A stretch of DNA of 36,790 bases, taken from NCBI GenBank assembly GCA_022837205.1, contig JALHEL010000001.1, positions 1 through 36,790 of the forward strand. The letters are read 5' to 3'. A model generated the notes under the pieces. That model was not told the origin of the DNA and made no database searches. It was given only the letters and a program-made list of their open reading frames with translations. This DNA comes from Leptolinea sp. (lineage in GTDB: Bacteria > Chloroflexota > Anaerolineae > Anaerolineales > Anaerolineaceae). The position numbers were made by a program, and so were the translations under genes. Below, in pieces: positions 9,139 to 18,189 of the stretch. Each line of letters begins with the position of its first letter. Position 1 is the stretch's first letter.

Positions 9139-9179
9139 ATTTATTTTTCCGTTTGATTTCTTGAGTATACCAATAAAAA

Positions 9180-9216
9180 TTCATAGCCTCTTTTATAATC
9201 AATTGGAGGCTATGAA
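9180..9216. terminator. Hairpin between convergent hom and PAP2 genes
   Basis: TTCATAGCCTC (9180-9190) pairs with GAGGCTATGAA (9206-9216); AT-rich flanks. Confidence 0.65.
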
Positions 9217-9223
9217 ATATTAT

Positions 9224-9790
9224 TCAAAAAATATAAACCCATCCGGATCGGTCAAATAAAAGCGGAAATGATTGGTATATCCAATCTTGAGAGCCAATAA
9301 GAATACAACCGATTAGCAACCCGAATATAACACCCAAATATATATCGAGTAAATAATGTACTCCGGTAATAACTCTCGAATGAATCATCAAAACCGCCCA
9401 GATCAGAAAAACTAAAAAGTATGGCATACCGAAGGTTTTCCAAGCTAACATCAAAATAAGTCCGGCTCGAACGGCATGCCCTGATGGAAAAGAATGCGGA
9501 TCCCTTTTGCGATAAACCATTCCCCACTCGCCTTCGGGCCTACTGCGATGAATTACTTTTTTCAAAAAGAAAATAAAAAACGCCGTAAAAGCAATGCTGA
9601 GCCCCCAAAAAGCTAAAACTTTTTGTTGTTCTCCGCTCGAAAAAATCCATAAGAGAAATAATATGCCGCACCAAAGCCACGAATCCCCCGTATGTGAGAA
9701 AAAAGCCGCAATCCTGAACAGAACCGGAGTTGAAAATTCTTTTTGAAATTTTGCGGAATATTTTTCATCCAATTTTAATAAATATTTCAT
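9224..9790 (-). CDS. PAP2 family membrane phosphatase (lipid/undecaprenyl-phosphate phosphatase-like)
   Basis: KKVIHRSRP, SFPSGH and SRVITGVHYLLD are the three PAP2 motifs. Start placed at ATG 9790 after GAGGT; the track start at 9829 is an alternative. Confidence 0.9.
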   Translation of the reverse strand: MKYLLKLDEKYSAKFQKEFSTPVLFRIAAFFSHTGDSWLWCGILFLLWIFSSGEQQKVLAFWGLSIAFTAFFIFFLKKVIHRSRPEGEWGMVYRKRDPHSFPSGHAVRAGLILMLAWKTFGMPYFLVFLIWAVLMIHSRVITGVHYLLDIYLGVIFGLLIGCILIGSQDWIYQSFPLLFDRSGWVYIF

Positions 9791-9875
9791 ATGATTTATT
9801 TCAACCTCGTCCTTATCCATAAAAACCAATTATATAAAGAAAATAAGCTTTAGGCTATGATCGACCTGATTTATT

Positions 9876-9893
9876 TAGTGATTATTTTCATAA
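9876..9893. promoter_or_regulatory. Rex-box-like imperfect palindrome upstream of the hydrogenase operon
   Basis: TAGTGAT-tatt-TTCATAA matches TTGTGAA-N4-TTCACAA at 11 of 14 positions and sits within a TTTATTTA..TAAATAAA inverted repeat. Confidence 0.35.
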
Positions 9894-10117
9894 ATAAACG
9901 ATAAAACGAATTATTATTATTACTATGACGATAAATATTAAACTTTGTTTGTTATTTTTTTCTCTAATAGGTAATTTAAATCTTTTTATTCGCTTATTTC
10001 GATGAAAAAACGGATTTTATCGAAATATATTCCGAATTTCGTAAAAATGGATATATAATTATGGACAGAAGTTAATAATTTTAATTTTCCCTTTTTATCC
10101 TATATGGGAGGAATCGA

Positions 10118-10618
10118 ATGCCTCTGGTCTATTTTCTGGTTGTCGCAGCACTAATCTACTCAGCTCACAAAGCTACCAGAGTGAAAGGATTATTAAATGC
10201 CGCATTATGGTTAGCCGGGACAAGCTGCCTGACTTCAATATTGGTTTATATTTTAGGATCTCCCGGTTTAGCCGTAATCGAATTGAGTGTGGGAGCGGGG
10301 CTGGTAACGGTCTTATTTGTCTTTGCGATCAGTATCATCGGTGATGAAAAAATCACATCGGATGTTTTTGTTCCTCATTGGTTAGCGATATCTATATCAG
10401 TTGTATCATTTGGCATGCTGGCTTATTTGTTGATTGCTCAGCATATGCCTTCGGTCCAATCAGTAACGACCTCACCGATTTTTTCAGATCTTTTCTGGGA
10501 AGGCAGAAAAATAGATATTTATCTGCAGGGCGCTTTGTTCATCTCAGGTATACTCGGAATCTTGTTGCTGATTGCTCCTGCGGTTTCCAAAAGAATTAAG
10601 GAGGGGAAGAATAAATGA
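10118..10618 (+). CDS. Hydrogenase membrane subunit, NuoJ-like (MbhD/DUF4040 plus MbhE/MnhB-like)
   Basis: Hydrophobic; LGSPGLAVIELSVGAGL (DUF4040-like) and FWEGRKIDIYLQ (MnhB-like R-x-x-D). SD GGGAGG. Confidence 0.8.
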   Translation: MPLVYFLVVAALIYSAHKATRVKGLLNAALWLAGTSCLTSILVYILGSPGLAVIELSVGAGLVTVLFVFAISIIGDEKITSDVFVPHWLAISISVVSFGMLAYLLIAQHMPSVQSVTTSPIFSDLFWEGRKIDIYLQGALFISGILGILLLIAPAVSKRIKEGKNK

Positions 10619-10914
10619 ATACCCTGGTAATCATTGCAATCGTGTCATTGATCGCAATCGGTTTTTATTGCCTTATTATTACCAGAAACATCCTAAAAAT
10701 AATCGTAGCACTTCAAGTCTTGGTAAAAGGAGCTATGATAGCGATGATTTTGGCCGGAAAATTAACCGATCAAATGGAATTGGCTCAAAGTATGGCGATC
10801 ACAATTATTGTTGCGGACACAATCGTAGCTGTAATCGGATTAGCAATGTCCATTCAACTACGCGAAAAGACCGGAACGTGCGATATTCATTCCATTTCGA
10901 AATTGAAGAGATAA
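10615..10914 (+). CDS. Hydrogenase membrane subunit, NuoK/MnhC/MbhG-like
   Basis: 99 aa, three TM segments, RNILKIIVAL, AQSMAITIIV, IGLA. Confidence 0.88.
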   Translation: MNTLVIIAIVSLIAIGFYCLIITRNILKIIVALQVLVKGAMIAMILAGKLTDQMELAQSMAITIIVADTIVAVIGLAMSIQLREKTGTCDIHSISKLKR

Positions 10915-10917
10915 ACA

Positions 10918-12675
10918 ATGGCCGGAATACTTATTCCCTTTCTTATTTTCACACCTTGGCTGACCGCCATATTGGTTTGGTTTATCGGTGATAAACATGA
11001 AGAAGGATTGCATCAATTTGCAAGTGCCGGAGCGATCCTTTCGGCAATTCTGAGTTTACTGTTGCTCTCTCAGATCGGAGACTCAACCATATCCTTTGCA
11101 AAAATCGGTCCCCTTTTCGGTAATCTCTCCTTTTCAACAGATGCTTTAGGAATTATTTTGGCATGTATCGCCAACTGTATCGGTTCGTTGACAGTGATTT
11201 TTTCTGCAGAATATATGAAGCATGAGAAAAGTCTTGCGAGATATTATTCCATGGTACTGTTATTCATCGGGGCTATGTCCGGGTTGGTACTGACCGCCAA
11301 TATTTTTATGATTTTCTTCTTCTGGGAAATAACAGCATTATGCTCCTATCAATTGATCTCCTTTTATAATGATGACCCCAATGCGGTACGCGGCGGTTTG
11401 AAAGCACTCTTCATTACGCAATTCGGAGGGATCGGATTGATGGTTGCCGGATTGTTGATTTTCGGTTATACACACTCATTTGAAATCGGAAGATTTATTC
11501 AGGCAGCGCAAGGCGGAGAAATTCCGGCAAATGTTTTAGGGATTATCGGTTTCACTCTGATCATCGCCGCAACGGCGAAAAGCGCTCAATTTCCTTTCTT
11601 CACCTGGCTGCCGGATGCGATGGAAGCACCGACTCCCGTCAGCGCTTTGATTCATGCCGCAACCATGGTCAACGCAGGCGTATATCTCCTTTGCCGTTTC
11701 TTTCCCGCTCTGGAAGCAGTCCCCGGTTGGAAAATGACAATCCTGATTCTCGGTTTGATCACGATCTTGATTTCATCTCTGATGGCAATCTTTGCGACAG
11801 ATTTAAAGCGCGTTCTTGCTTATTCGACTGTAAGCCAACTGGGTTATATGTTCGCCGCAATCGGAGCCGGATCGGTTCTTGCCTGCCAATTTCATCTGCT
11901 TTCTCATGCAATTTTCAAGGCATTACTTTTTCTTTGTGCCGGCGCTATTATCCATTCCTGCGGGACACGAGATATGTATAAAATGGGCGGTTTTTTTAAG
12001 AAAATTCCGTTTATCAGCATCACTTTTATTATCGGATCATTAGCTCTTGCCGGAATTCCGGTCTTAAACGGATTTTGGTCAAAGGAATTAATCCTCGAAT
12101 CCATTCATTCCGGGACACCGATTATTATTTATATATTAATGTTGTTCTCTGTAATTCTTACCGCTTTATATACGATCCGTTGTGTATGGTTGGTGTTCTT
12201 CGGAGAACCGAGATCCGATTTGCATGTACATGACGCACCTTTTCTCATGGCTTTACCACTCGGTATTTTGTCATTGGGAACGATTACATCTTGGCTTGTT
12301 TTCGAACCATTCAGCCGATCCCTTTCAAACAGTTTACCTCTCTACGGTATTCCGAAAGAAACTTTGTCGGAATTGGTCAGTAAAATCTTTGGGGATCCGT
12401 ATACATTTTTAGCTTTAGGAATGGTGGCGATCGGAATTCTGATTTGGTTTTTGAGAAATAAATTACCGTTACATAATAGCATTACTCGGAAGATAAAGTC
12501 GATTTCGTTGAACAGTTTTGGGTTTGAAGCAATCAATAACGGTGTTGTAAACGGAATAAATGCAGCCAGTGAAGCGATCCGAAATATTCAGACCGGCTCA
12601 TTAAATTGGAATATTTTCGGGATGCTGATCGGATTGATTTGTATTCTTATTGCACTGATGATCGGAGGGCTGTAA
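10918..12675 (+). CDS. Antiporter-like subunit, NuoL/MrpA type
   Basis: FFFWE, KSAQFPFFTWLPDAMEAPTPVSALIHAATMV, DLKRVLAYSTVSQLGYM, HAIFKALLFL, GFWSKE, and a C-terminal QTGSL lateral-helix end. Confidence 0.93.
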   Translation: MAGILIPFLIFTPWLTAILVWFIGDKHEEGLHQFASAGAILSAILSLLLLSQIGDSTISFAKIGPLFGNLSFSTDALGIILACIANCIGSLTVIFSAEYMKHEKSLARYYSMVLLFIGAMSGLVLTANIFMIFFFWEITALCSYQLISFYNDDPNAVRGGLKALFITQFGGIGLMVAGLLIFGYTHSFEIGRFIQAAQGGEIPANVLGIIGFTLIIAATAKSAQFPFFTWLPDAMEAPTPVSALIHAATMVNAGVYLLCRFFPALEAVPGWKMTILILGLITILISSLMAIFATDLKRVLAYSTVSQLGYMFAAIGAGSVLACQFHLLSHAIFKALLFLCAGAIIHSCGTRDMYKMGGFFKKIPFISITFIIGSLALAGIPVLNGFWSKELILESIHSGTPIIIYILMLFSVILTALYTIRCVWLVFFGEPRSDLHVHDAPFLMALPLGILSLGTITSWLVFEPFSRSLSNSLPLYGIPKETLSELVSKIFGDPYTFLALGMVAIGILIWFLRNKLPLHNSITRKIKSISLNSFGFEAINNGVVNGINAASEAIRNIQTGSLNWNIFGMLIGLICILIALMIGGL

Positions 12676-12676
12676 T

Positions 12677-14185
12677 ATGCCGATGAATCCGCTTTTTTGG
12701 CTTTTGATAACTCCAATAATTTGCGCTTTAATTCTTTATGTTGTCGGACGAACCATCCCGCCGGATGATGAATCAAGCCCCAACAAGGCAGCATGGTTAA
12801 GCTTATTTTCAATTCTTTTGACCGTTGTTCCTTTTGTGCTGACAGCAAAAAAATTTACGGAAGAAGGACCTGTTTCTTTAACCGCAGGAATGATTACCCT
12901 CACATTTGACGGAATCAGCCTTCTCATGACTTCGGTCCTGTTAGTGTTGTCGGCTATGGTTGTATTATTTTCTGCTCAATACATGGTGGCAGAAGATCAT
13001 GAAGAGAAATTCTACGGTCAAATTATGATTCTGATGTCCAGTATTATGGGGTTGACAACCGCGACAGATATATTCAACTTGTATGTTTGGTTCGAATTAA
13101 TGGCTGTTTCGACTTACACATTGGTTAGTTTTTATCGGAACCGTACAGAATCATTGGAATCCGGCATTAAGTACTTAGTTCAAAGTGCGGCTGGTTCGGT
13201 CTTAGTAATATTAGGAACTTCGATTCTTTTTGGATTGACGGGAGAAGTCAAAATTTCGGCAATCAGAGAAAGCATTCTAACCTCAAGTCCGGCGGTAATC
13301 GCAGCAACAGCTTGTTTACTGATCGGCTACGGAGTGAAATGTGCAATCGTCCCTATGCATTTTTGGCTGCCGGATGCCCATTCTCAAGCTCCCGCGGGAA
13401 TCAGCGCATTACTTTCCGGCATTGTGATCGAAACCGGTTTAATCGCATTGTTACGCGCTTTGAGTGCCGTCAGCCATGCTCATCTCCCCCTCGGGACTAT
13501 TTTCTTGGTGATCGGATGTATCAATATGTTTATCGGTACTTTTTCTGCCCTTCGACAGAAGGAAATCAAGCGGATGCTTGCATTTTCTTCTGTCAGCCAG
13601 ATGGGATACATCCTTTTGGGAATCGGCTTTGCGATTTCTTTTCCCGCAAGCGCTCAAAATGCAGAGGGAATTTTTACTCATATCTTCAACCATGCTCTAA
13701 TGAAGGGGTTAGCCTTTCTTTCCGCAGGTGCTCTGGTATATTGTATAAAAGTATCGAAAGGAAACCACGAACCGTTATTATTGGATGATCTAAACGGGGT
13801 TTCCGCGAAATATCCTTTATATTCTCTGGCTTTTACAATCTCAATGCTGGCATTGGGAGGATTGCCCTTATTTGCGGGCTTTATTTCAAAATGGCAAATT
13901 CTGGCAAGCGGAATAGCTGCTCAAAAGTCTTGGGTTGCCTTTTTAATAGCACTTGCCGGTATTAACAGTGTTTTATCTTTAGGACATTACGCACCTCCGA
14001 TTAATCGTATTTATCGGCATGTATCAAACAATAATGAAGTTGCCATTTCACCAAAGTTTCAACAAGCGATGATTATTCCGATCATCATCTTAACCGCAGC
14101 AGTCATTCTTCTCGGTTTCTTCCCGGGTATTACCGCCGGAATAACCAAAGTCGCAAGCGAAACTTTATATACTATGTTTTATTAG
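12677..14185 (+). CDS. Antiporter-like subunit, NuoN/MrpD/MbhH type
   Basis: FNLYVWFELM, KCAIVPMHFWLPDAHSQAP, IKRMLAFSSVSQMGYI, NHALMKGLAFL, GFISKW. Confidence 0.92.
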   Translation: MPMNPLFWLLITPIICALILYVVGRTIPPDDESSPNKAAWLSLFSILLTVVPFVLTAKKFTEEGPVSLTAGMITLTFDGISLLMTSVLLVLSAMVVLFSAQYMVAEDHEEKFYGQIMILMSSIMGLTTATDIFNLYVWFELMAVSTYTLVSFYRNRTESLESGIKYLVQSAAGSVLVILGTSILFGLTGEVKISAIRESILTSSPAVIAATACLLIGYGVKCAIVPMHFWLPDAHSQAPAGISALLSGIVIETGLIALLRALSAVSHAHLPLGTIFLVIGCINMFIGTFSALRQKEIKRMLAFSSVSQMGYILLGIGFAISFPASAQNAEGIFTHIFNHALMKGLAFLSAGALVYCIKVSKGNHEPLLLDDLNGVSAKYPLYSLAFTISMLALGGLPLFAGFISKWQILASGIAAQKSWVAFLIALAGINSVLSLGHYAPPINRIYRHVSNNNEVAISPKFQQAMIIPIIILTAAVILLGFFPGITAGITKVASETLYTMFY

Positions 14186-14197
14186 GAAATAAATATT

Positions 14198-14512
14198 ATG
14201 GATATTTTACTGAGTCCTCCGATTGGTTTTCTGATCTATGCGATTATAGGCACCTTATTGGTTTTTTACGGGAAGAAGACCGCTCCGGTCGAAGATACGA
14301 AAGACGATCAAAAAAGGACTTTATACGGAAGCGGTGAGGTTGCGCCGGAAACCAGAGGGGTTCCGGGTTATAAACCTTTTTTGCTGATTTCTCTCTTTTT
14401 TGCATTACTTCATTTGGGAGTACTGATTATGGGCAGCAGCAATCTTAGTGTGACTTCGCTGGTGTATACGGTTGTATTAATGTTAGGTTTATTGGCTCTG
14501 ATGTTAGGCTGA
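14198..14512 (+). CDS. Small membrane subunit, NuoA/MbhI-like
   Basis: TM1 followed by a K-x-x-x-YGSGE loop, then further TM segments; position immediately before the small subunit. Confidence 0.75.
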   Translation: MDILLSPPIGFLIYAIIGTLLVFYGKKTAPVEDTKDDQKRTLYGSGEVAPETRGVPGYKPFLLISLFFALLHLGVLIMGSSNLSVTSLVYTVVLMLGLLALMLG

Positions 14513-14554
14513 TTTGGCAGACAGAGATATATTTTAAAACGGAAGAATCATAAA

Positions 14555-15139
14555 ATGAACAAGACCATCGATCTTTCGGATATCGATCCGAATGCAAAAG
14601 GCTCTGAGAAAACAATTGAAAACAGAATTCGTAATTGGGCGAGAATAAACAGCCCTTGGGCAATTCATTATAACAGCGGATCTTGTAACGGTTGCGATAT
14701 CGAATTATTAACTTTGATTACCCCCCGTTATGACGTTGAAAGATTCGGAGTGAAATTACAGGGGAGCCCTCGTCATGCCGATATTTTAATCGTCACCGGT
14801 TCCGTGACTCTTCAATCAAAAGATCGCCTCATTCGAATATATAATCAAATGCCGGAACCGAAATTCGTTTTGGGATTGGGTTCCTGCGCGATCAGCGGAG
14901 GTGTATTCCAAAATTGTTATAGTGTTGTTCAAGGGGGAGTGAGCAACGTTATTCCGGTAGATGTCTTTGTCCCGGGCTGCCCTCCCAGACCGGAAGCAAT
15001 GATTAATGGATTGATTATCCTCCTCGATATTGCCAGAGGGAAGCGACAGAAATCGGATTACAGTCAGCCTATGATTATCCCCTCACCCGAACAAGATTCT
15101 GCTCAGACAGCGGATAAAAAAGAAAGTGAAGCCGAATAA
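14555..15139 (+). CDS. Group 4 [NiFe]-hydrogenase small subunit (NuoB/MbhJ-like)
   Basis: SGSCNGCDIE, SPRHAD, GSCAISGG, PGCPPRPE; the CxxC is hydrogenase-type rather than the NuoB CC. Confidence 0.95.
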   Translation: MNKTIDLSDIDPNAKGSEKTIENRIRNWARINSPWAIHYNSGSCNGCDIELLTLITPRYDVERFGVKLQGSPRHADILIVTGSVTLQSKDRLIRIYNQMPEPKFVLGLGSCAISGGVFQNCYSVVQGGVSNVIPVDVFVPGCPPRPEAMINGLIILLDIARGKRQKSDYSQPMIIPSPEQDSAQTADKKESEAE

Positions 15140-15630
15140 TGGAAAAAGAGGAATTACTGAATCAGTTTCAGGAAATATTTACCGATTTGGCAATAAAAAC
15201 TGAAATTCCGGCGATACAACCGAATCGGGTGGATGTTTATATTAATTCGAACGATTTATTAAAAGCGGTTCAAAAATTGGTCGAACATGATTGGGGATAT
15301 TTAATTACTATCTCGGCTTATGATACGGCTGACGAAAACGGTACCCCGCAAATCGGATTGGTTTACCAATTCGGAGAACAAAATGTGATCGGAACATTAC
15401 GTTTCTTTTTGCCGTATTCAAACTTAACGGTCGAATCAATATGCCCGATTATTCCTTCGGCAACCCTTTATGAAAGGGAATGTATGGAATTATTTGGTAT
15501 TGATATCCGAAATACACCGGATCGCTCCAAACTCATATTACCGGAAAATTGGCCGGATGGAGTTTTTCCGCTTCGGAAATCTTTTTCCGGATTACAGGAT
15601 AACCCGGAAACAAAATCTGGAGAAGAATAA
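15139..15630 (+). CDS. NuoC/MbhK-like subunit
   Basis: GYLITISAYD, SICPIIPSATLYERECMELFGI, WPDGVFPLRK. Confidence 0.93.
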   Translation: MEKEELLNQFQEIFTDLAIKTEIPAIQPNRVDVYINSNDLLKAVQKLVEHDWGYLITISAYDTADENGTPQIGLVYQFGEQNVIGTLRFFLPYSNLTVESICPIIPSATLYERECMELFGIDIRNTPDRSKLILPENWPDGVFPLRKSFSGLQDNPETKSGEE

Positions 15631-16838
15631 TGAGCGATGAAACAGTAAACAATTTCAATAACAATGGTCAGCAAAAGTATATTGTTCCTATTGGGCCGCA
15701 ACATCCGGCATTGAAGGAACCGGGACATTTTGAATTCACCGTAGACGGGGAAATTGTCGTAGGAGCTTCTATCCGTTTAGGCTACGTTCATCGGGGAGTT
15801 GAAAAAGCTGCCGAACAACGGACTTATACTCAGGATTTATATCTGTTAGAACGCGTTTGCGGTATTTGTTCGCATTCCCACGGCACCGCTTTTATTCAAT
15901 GTGTGGAGAAACTCGCAGGTGTCGAGCTGCCGCCGCGAGCGAAAGCGGTGCGCTGCATAGCAGGGGAGATTGAACGTCTCCATAGTCATCTGTTATGGCT
16001 GGGCGTTGCCGCTCATGAGGGTGGATTTGATGCGTTGTTTATGTATTCATGGCGAGATCGAGAAATCGTGATGGATATTTTGGAAAACTTTTTTGGGAAC
16101 CGTGTAAATTACTCGGTAAATATCCCCGGAGGAGTCAAAGAAGATATCACACAGGAATTTATTGACGGAGTAACTCCGAAATTAGATTACCTTGAAAAAA
16201 GAATGTACCATTATCTCGACGTCGTGAATACAGATATGACATTTCGACAACGAACGGTGGATATCGGAACAATTGGTTTGGAAGAATCCGATCGTCTGGG
16301 TGCGACGGGACCGACCGCACGAGCATCCGGAGTAGCTCGAGATATCCGCATCGATCGTCCTTATGATGGCTATGATCTATTTCCCATCGATATAACTTTA
16401 GATAACCGGGGAGATTTAAACGCTCGATTTGTAGTAAGAATAAAAGAATGTATCGCATCCATTCACTACATCAAGAATGTGATGAATCATATGCCGGAAG
16501 GTGAACTGAGCGTGAAAATTCCTCGAAAGATTCCGACCGGTGAATATATGGCATCGGTTGAAGCTCCACGAGGCGAGTTATTTTATTTCGTCCGATCAAA
16601 CGGCACAGAAAGTCCGGATCGGGTAAAAATTCGTACAGCGAGTCTATGTAATTGGGGAACGATCGTTTCTTCGGTGGCAAAAGGTCATAAACTGGCCGAT
16701 ATGCCGATGATCCTTGCAGGAATCGATCCTTGCTTTTCCTGTAACGACCGAATGGTTTATATTAATAAAGGCTCAGGGAATCCGGAAATTTGGACCTGGG
16801 AACAATTACGAAAATATGGGATAGCATACTACAAATGA
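15630..16838 (+). CDS. Group 4 [NiFe]-hydrogenase large (catalytic) subunit
   Basis: GPQHPALKEP, L1 ERVCGICSHSH, EAPRGE, L2 DPCFSCNDR, then a 28-aa extension. Confidence 0.96.
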   Translation: MSDETVNNFNNNGQQKYIVPIGPQHPALKEPGHFEFTVDGEIVVGASIRLGYVHRGVEKAAEQRTYTQDLYLLERVCGICSHSHGTAFIQCVEKLAGVELPPRAKAVRCIAGEIERLHSHLLWLGVAAHEGGFDALFMYSWRDREIVMDILENFFGNRVNYSVNIPGGVKEDITQEFIDGVTPKLDYLEKRMYHYLDVVNTDMTFRQRTVDIGTIGLEESDRLGATGPTARASGVARDIRIDRPYDGYDLFPIDITLDNRGDLNARFVVRIKECIASIHYIKNVMNHMPEGELSVKIPRKIPTGEYMASVEAPRGELFYFVRSNGTESPDRVKIRTASLCNWGTIVSSVAKGHKLADMPMILAGIDPCFSCNDRMVYINKGSGNPEIWTWEQLRKYGIAYYK

Positions 16839-17755
16839 GCGCACCACATCCTCTTATTTGTCTTTTCTTTTTTCCTGGCGGATTATTTCTGATATTGGCC
16901 GCTTTATTATACGAATGGGCTGACAGGAAATTAGTCGCAAGATTCCAAAATCGAGTCGGTCCGAGAGTATTTCAACCGGTCGCCGATATGTTCAAATTAT
17001 TGGTAAAAGAAGAGGTAATCCCCAAATCCGTAAACAGATCATTGTTCATTGTCTTGCCGATTATCTCTTTCGCATGTGTCATGACCGCATCACTTTACGT
17101 CCCCATGTTCGGAGTCGAAGCACCGATCGGTTTGCATGGAGATTTAATTATCACAATGTATCTTTTGTCGGTTATGACCATGTGTTTAGGGATGGCCGGT
17201 GCAAACTCAATGAATCGATTTGCAGTCGTCGGCGCGACCAGAACATTTACACAGTTATTTGCTTATGAAGCACCGTTCATGCTTGCGCTCTTGATGCCTG
17301 CCATTTCGGCTCAATCTTGGAATATCAATGTGATTTCAGAATACGCTTCAGCCCATACCTGGATGATCGCAACCATACCGATTGGATTCATTATTTCGGT
17401 TATCGGCTTAATGGGAAAATTGGAATTGGCACCTTTTGATGCACCCGAAGCTGAATCGGAAATAGTTTCGGGAGCTTTATCCGAGTATTCCGGTCGAGGT
17501 TTGGCATTATTCCGCATCGCGAAAGATGTTGAATTCGTTATAGGCATTTCTTTGATCGTCACATTCTACTTGGGCGGATTCGGAAATTTGCTGTCATTTT
17601 TATTACGATCACTCGGATTGCTGGTAATCATTGCTCTCCTGCAATCCTCTATGACCCGCCTCCGCATAGATCAAACGGTAGGTTTCTGGTGGCAAGCAGG
17701 TGCTATCTTATCACTTATCCAACTTATGATATTGATTCTGGTGAGAATACTATGA
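16835..17755 (+). CDS. NuoH/MbhM-like membrane subunit
   Basis: DRKLVARFQNRVGP, QPVADMFKLLVKE, PFDAPEAESEIVSGALSEYSG, RLRIDQ. Start at ATG 16835 overlaps the large-subunit stop (ATGA). Confidence 0.93.
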   Translation: MSAPHPLICLFFFPGGLFLILAALLYEWADRKLVARFQNRVGPRVFQPVADMFKLLVKEEVIPKSVNRSLFIVLPIISFACVMTASLYVPMFGVEAPIGLHGDLIITMYLLSVMTMCLGMAGANSMNRFAVVGATRTFTQLFAYEAPFMLALLMPAISAQSWNINVISEYASAHTWMIATIPIGFIISVIGLMGKLELAPFDAPEAESEIVSGALSEYSGRGLALFRIAKDVEFVIGISLIVTFYLGGFGNLLSFLLRSLGLLVIIALLQSSMTRLRIDQTVGFWWQAGAILSLIQLMILILVRIL

Positions 17756-18189
17756 AATTAATTGGAATGCTATCTGATGTTGTTTCAGCATTGTTTAAGA
17801 GGCCGGCAACGACAAAATATCCGTATGTGAAAACGGATCCACCGGAAAGATATCGAGCAAAATTAGCTTATACCGCTTCCAATTGTACGGGATGTATGCA
17901 ATGCGTACGCGATTGCCCGACTCGTACCATCAAGATTATTGTTGTTGATCGTAAAACAAAACAATTTGTTATGACCTATAACATCGGAGAATGCGTATAC
18001 TGTAAACAATGTGTTTATAACTGCAAATTTGACGCGCTTCATATGACCAATAAAATGTGGGAGTCGGCAGCCGGATCGAAAGGCGGTTTCCAAATGTATT
18101 ACGGAAAGAAGGAATATATTGACCGAATCTTGGCAGAAACAACTAATCCCGGTGCGCAAGCAGCTGTTAGCGAAGAAAAACAATCCTAA
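17752..18189 (+). CDS. NuoI/MbhN-like 2x[4Fe-4S] subunit
   Basis: PATTKYP, CTGCMQCVRDCP, CVYCKQCVYNC. Start at ATG 17752 (ATGA overlap). Confidence 0.93.
   Translation: MKLIGMLSDVVSALFKRPATTKYPYVKTDPPERYRAKLAYTASNCTGCMQCVRDCPTRTIKIIVVDRKTKQFVMTYNIGECVYCKQCVYNCKFDALHMTNKMWESAAGSKGGFQMYYGKKEYIDRILAETTNPGAQAAVSEEKQS

Noticed and set aside
9205-9259. GGAGG followed by a tiny ORF after hom
   Set aside because: SD-ATG spacing is too short, both lie in the hairpin stem, and the ORF is antisense to the PAP2 gene.
10118-18189. Operon as ordinary NADH:quinone oxidoreductase or Ni-free Mbs/Ehr
   Set aside because: The large subunit has both Ni-binding CxxC motifs, the small subunit has CxxC, a HycI protease is present, and NuoEFG and a third antiporter subunit are absent.
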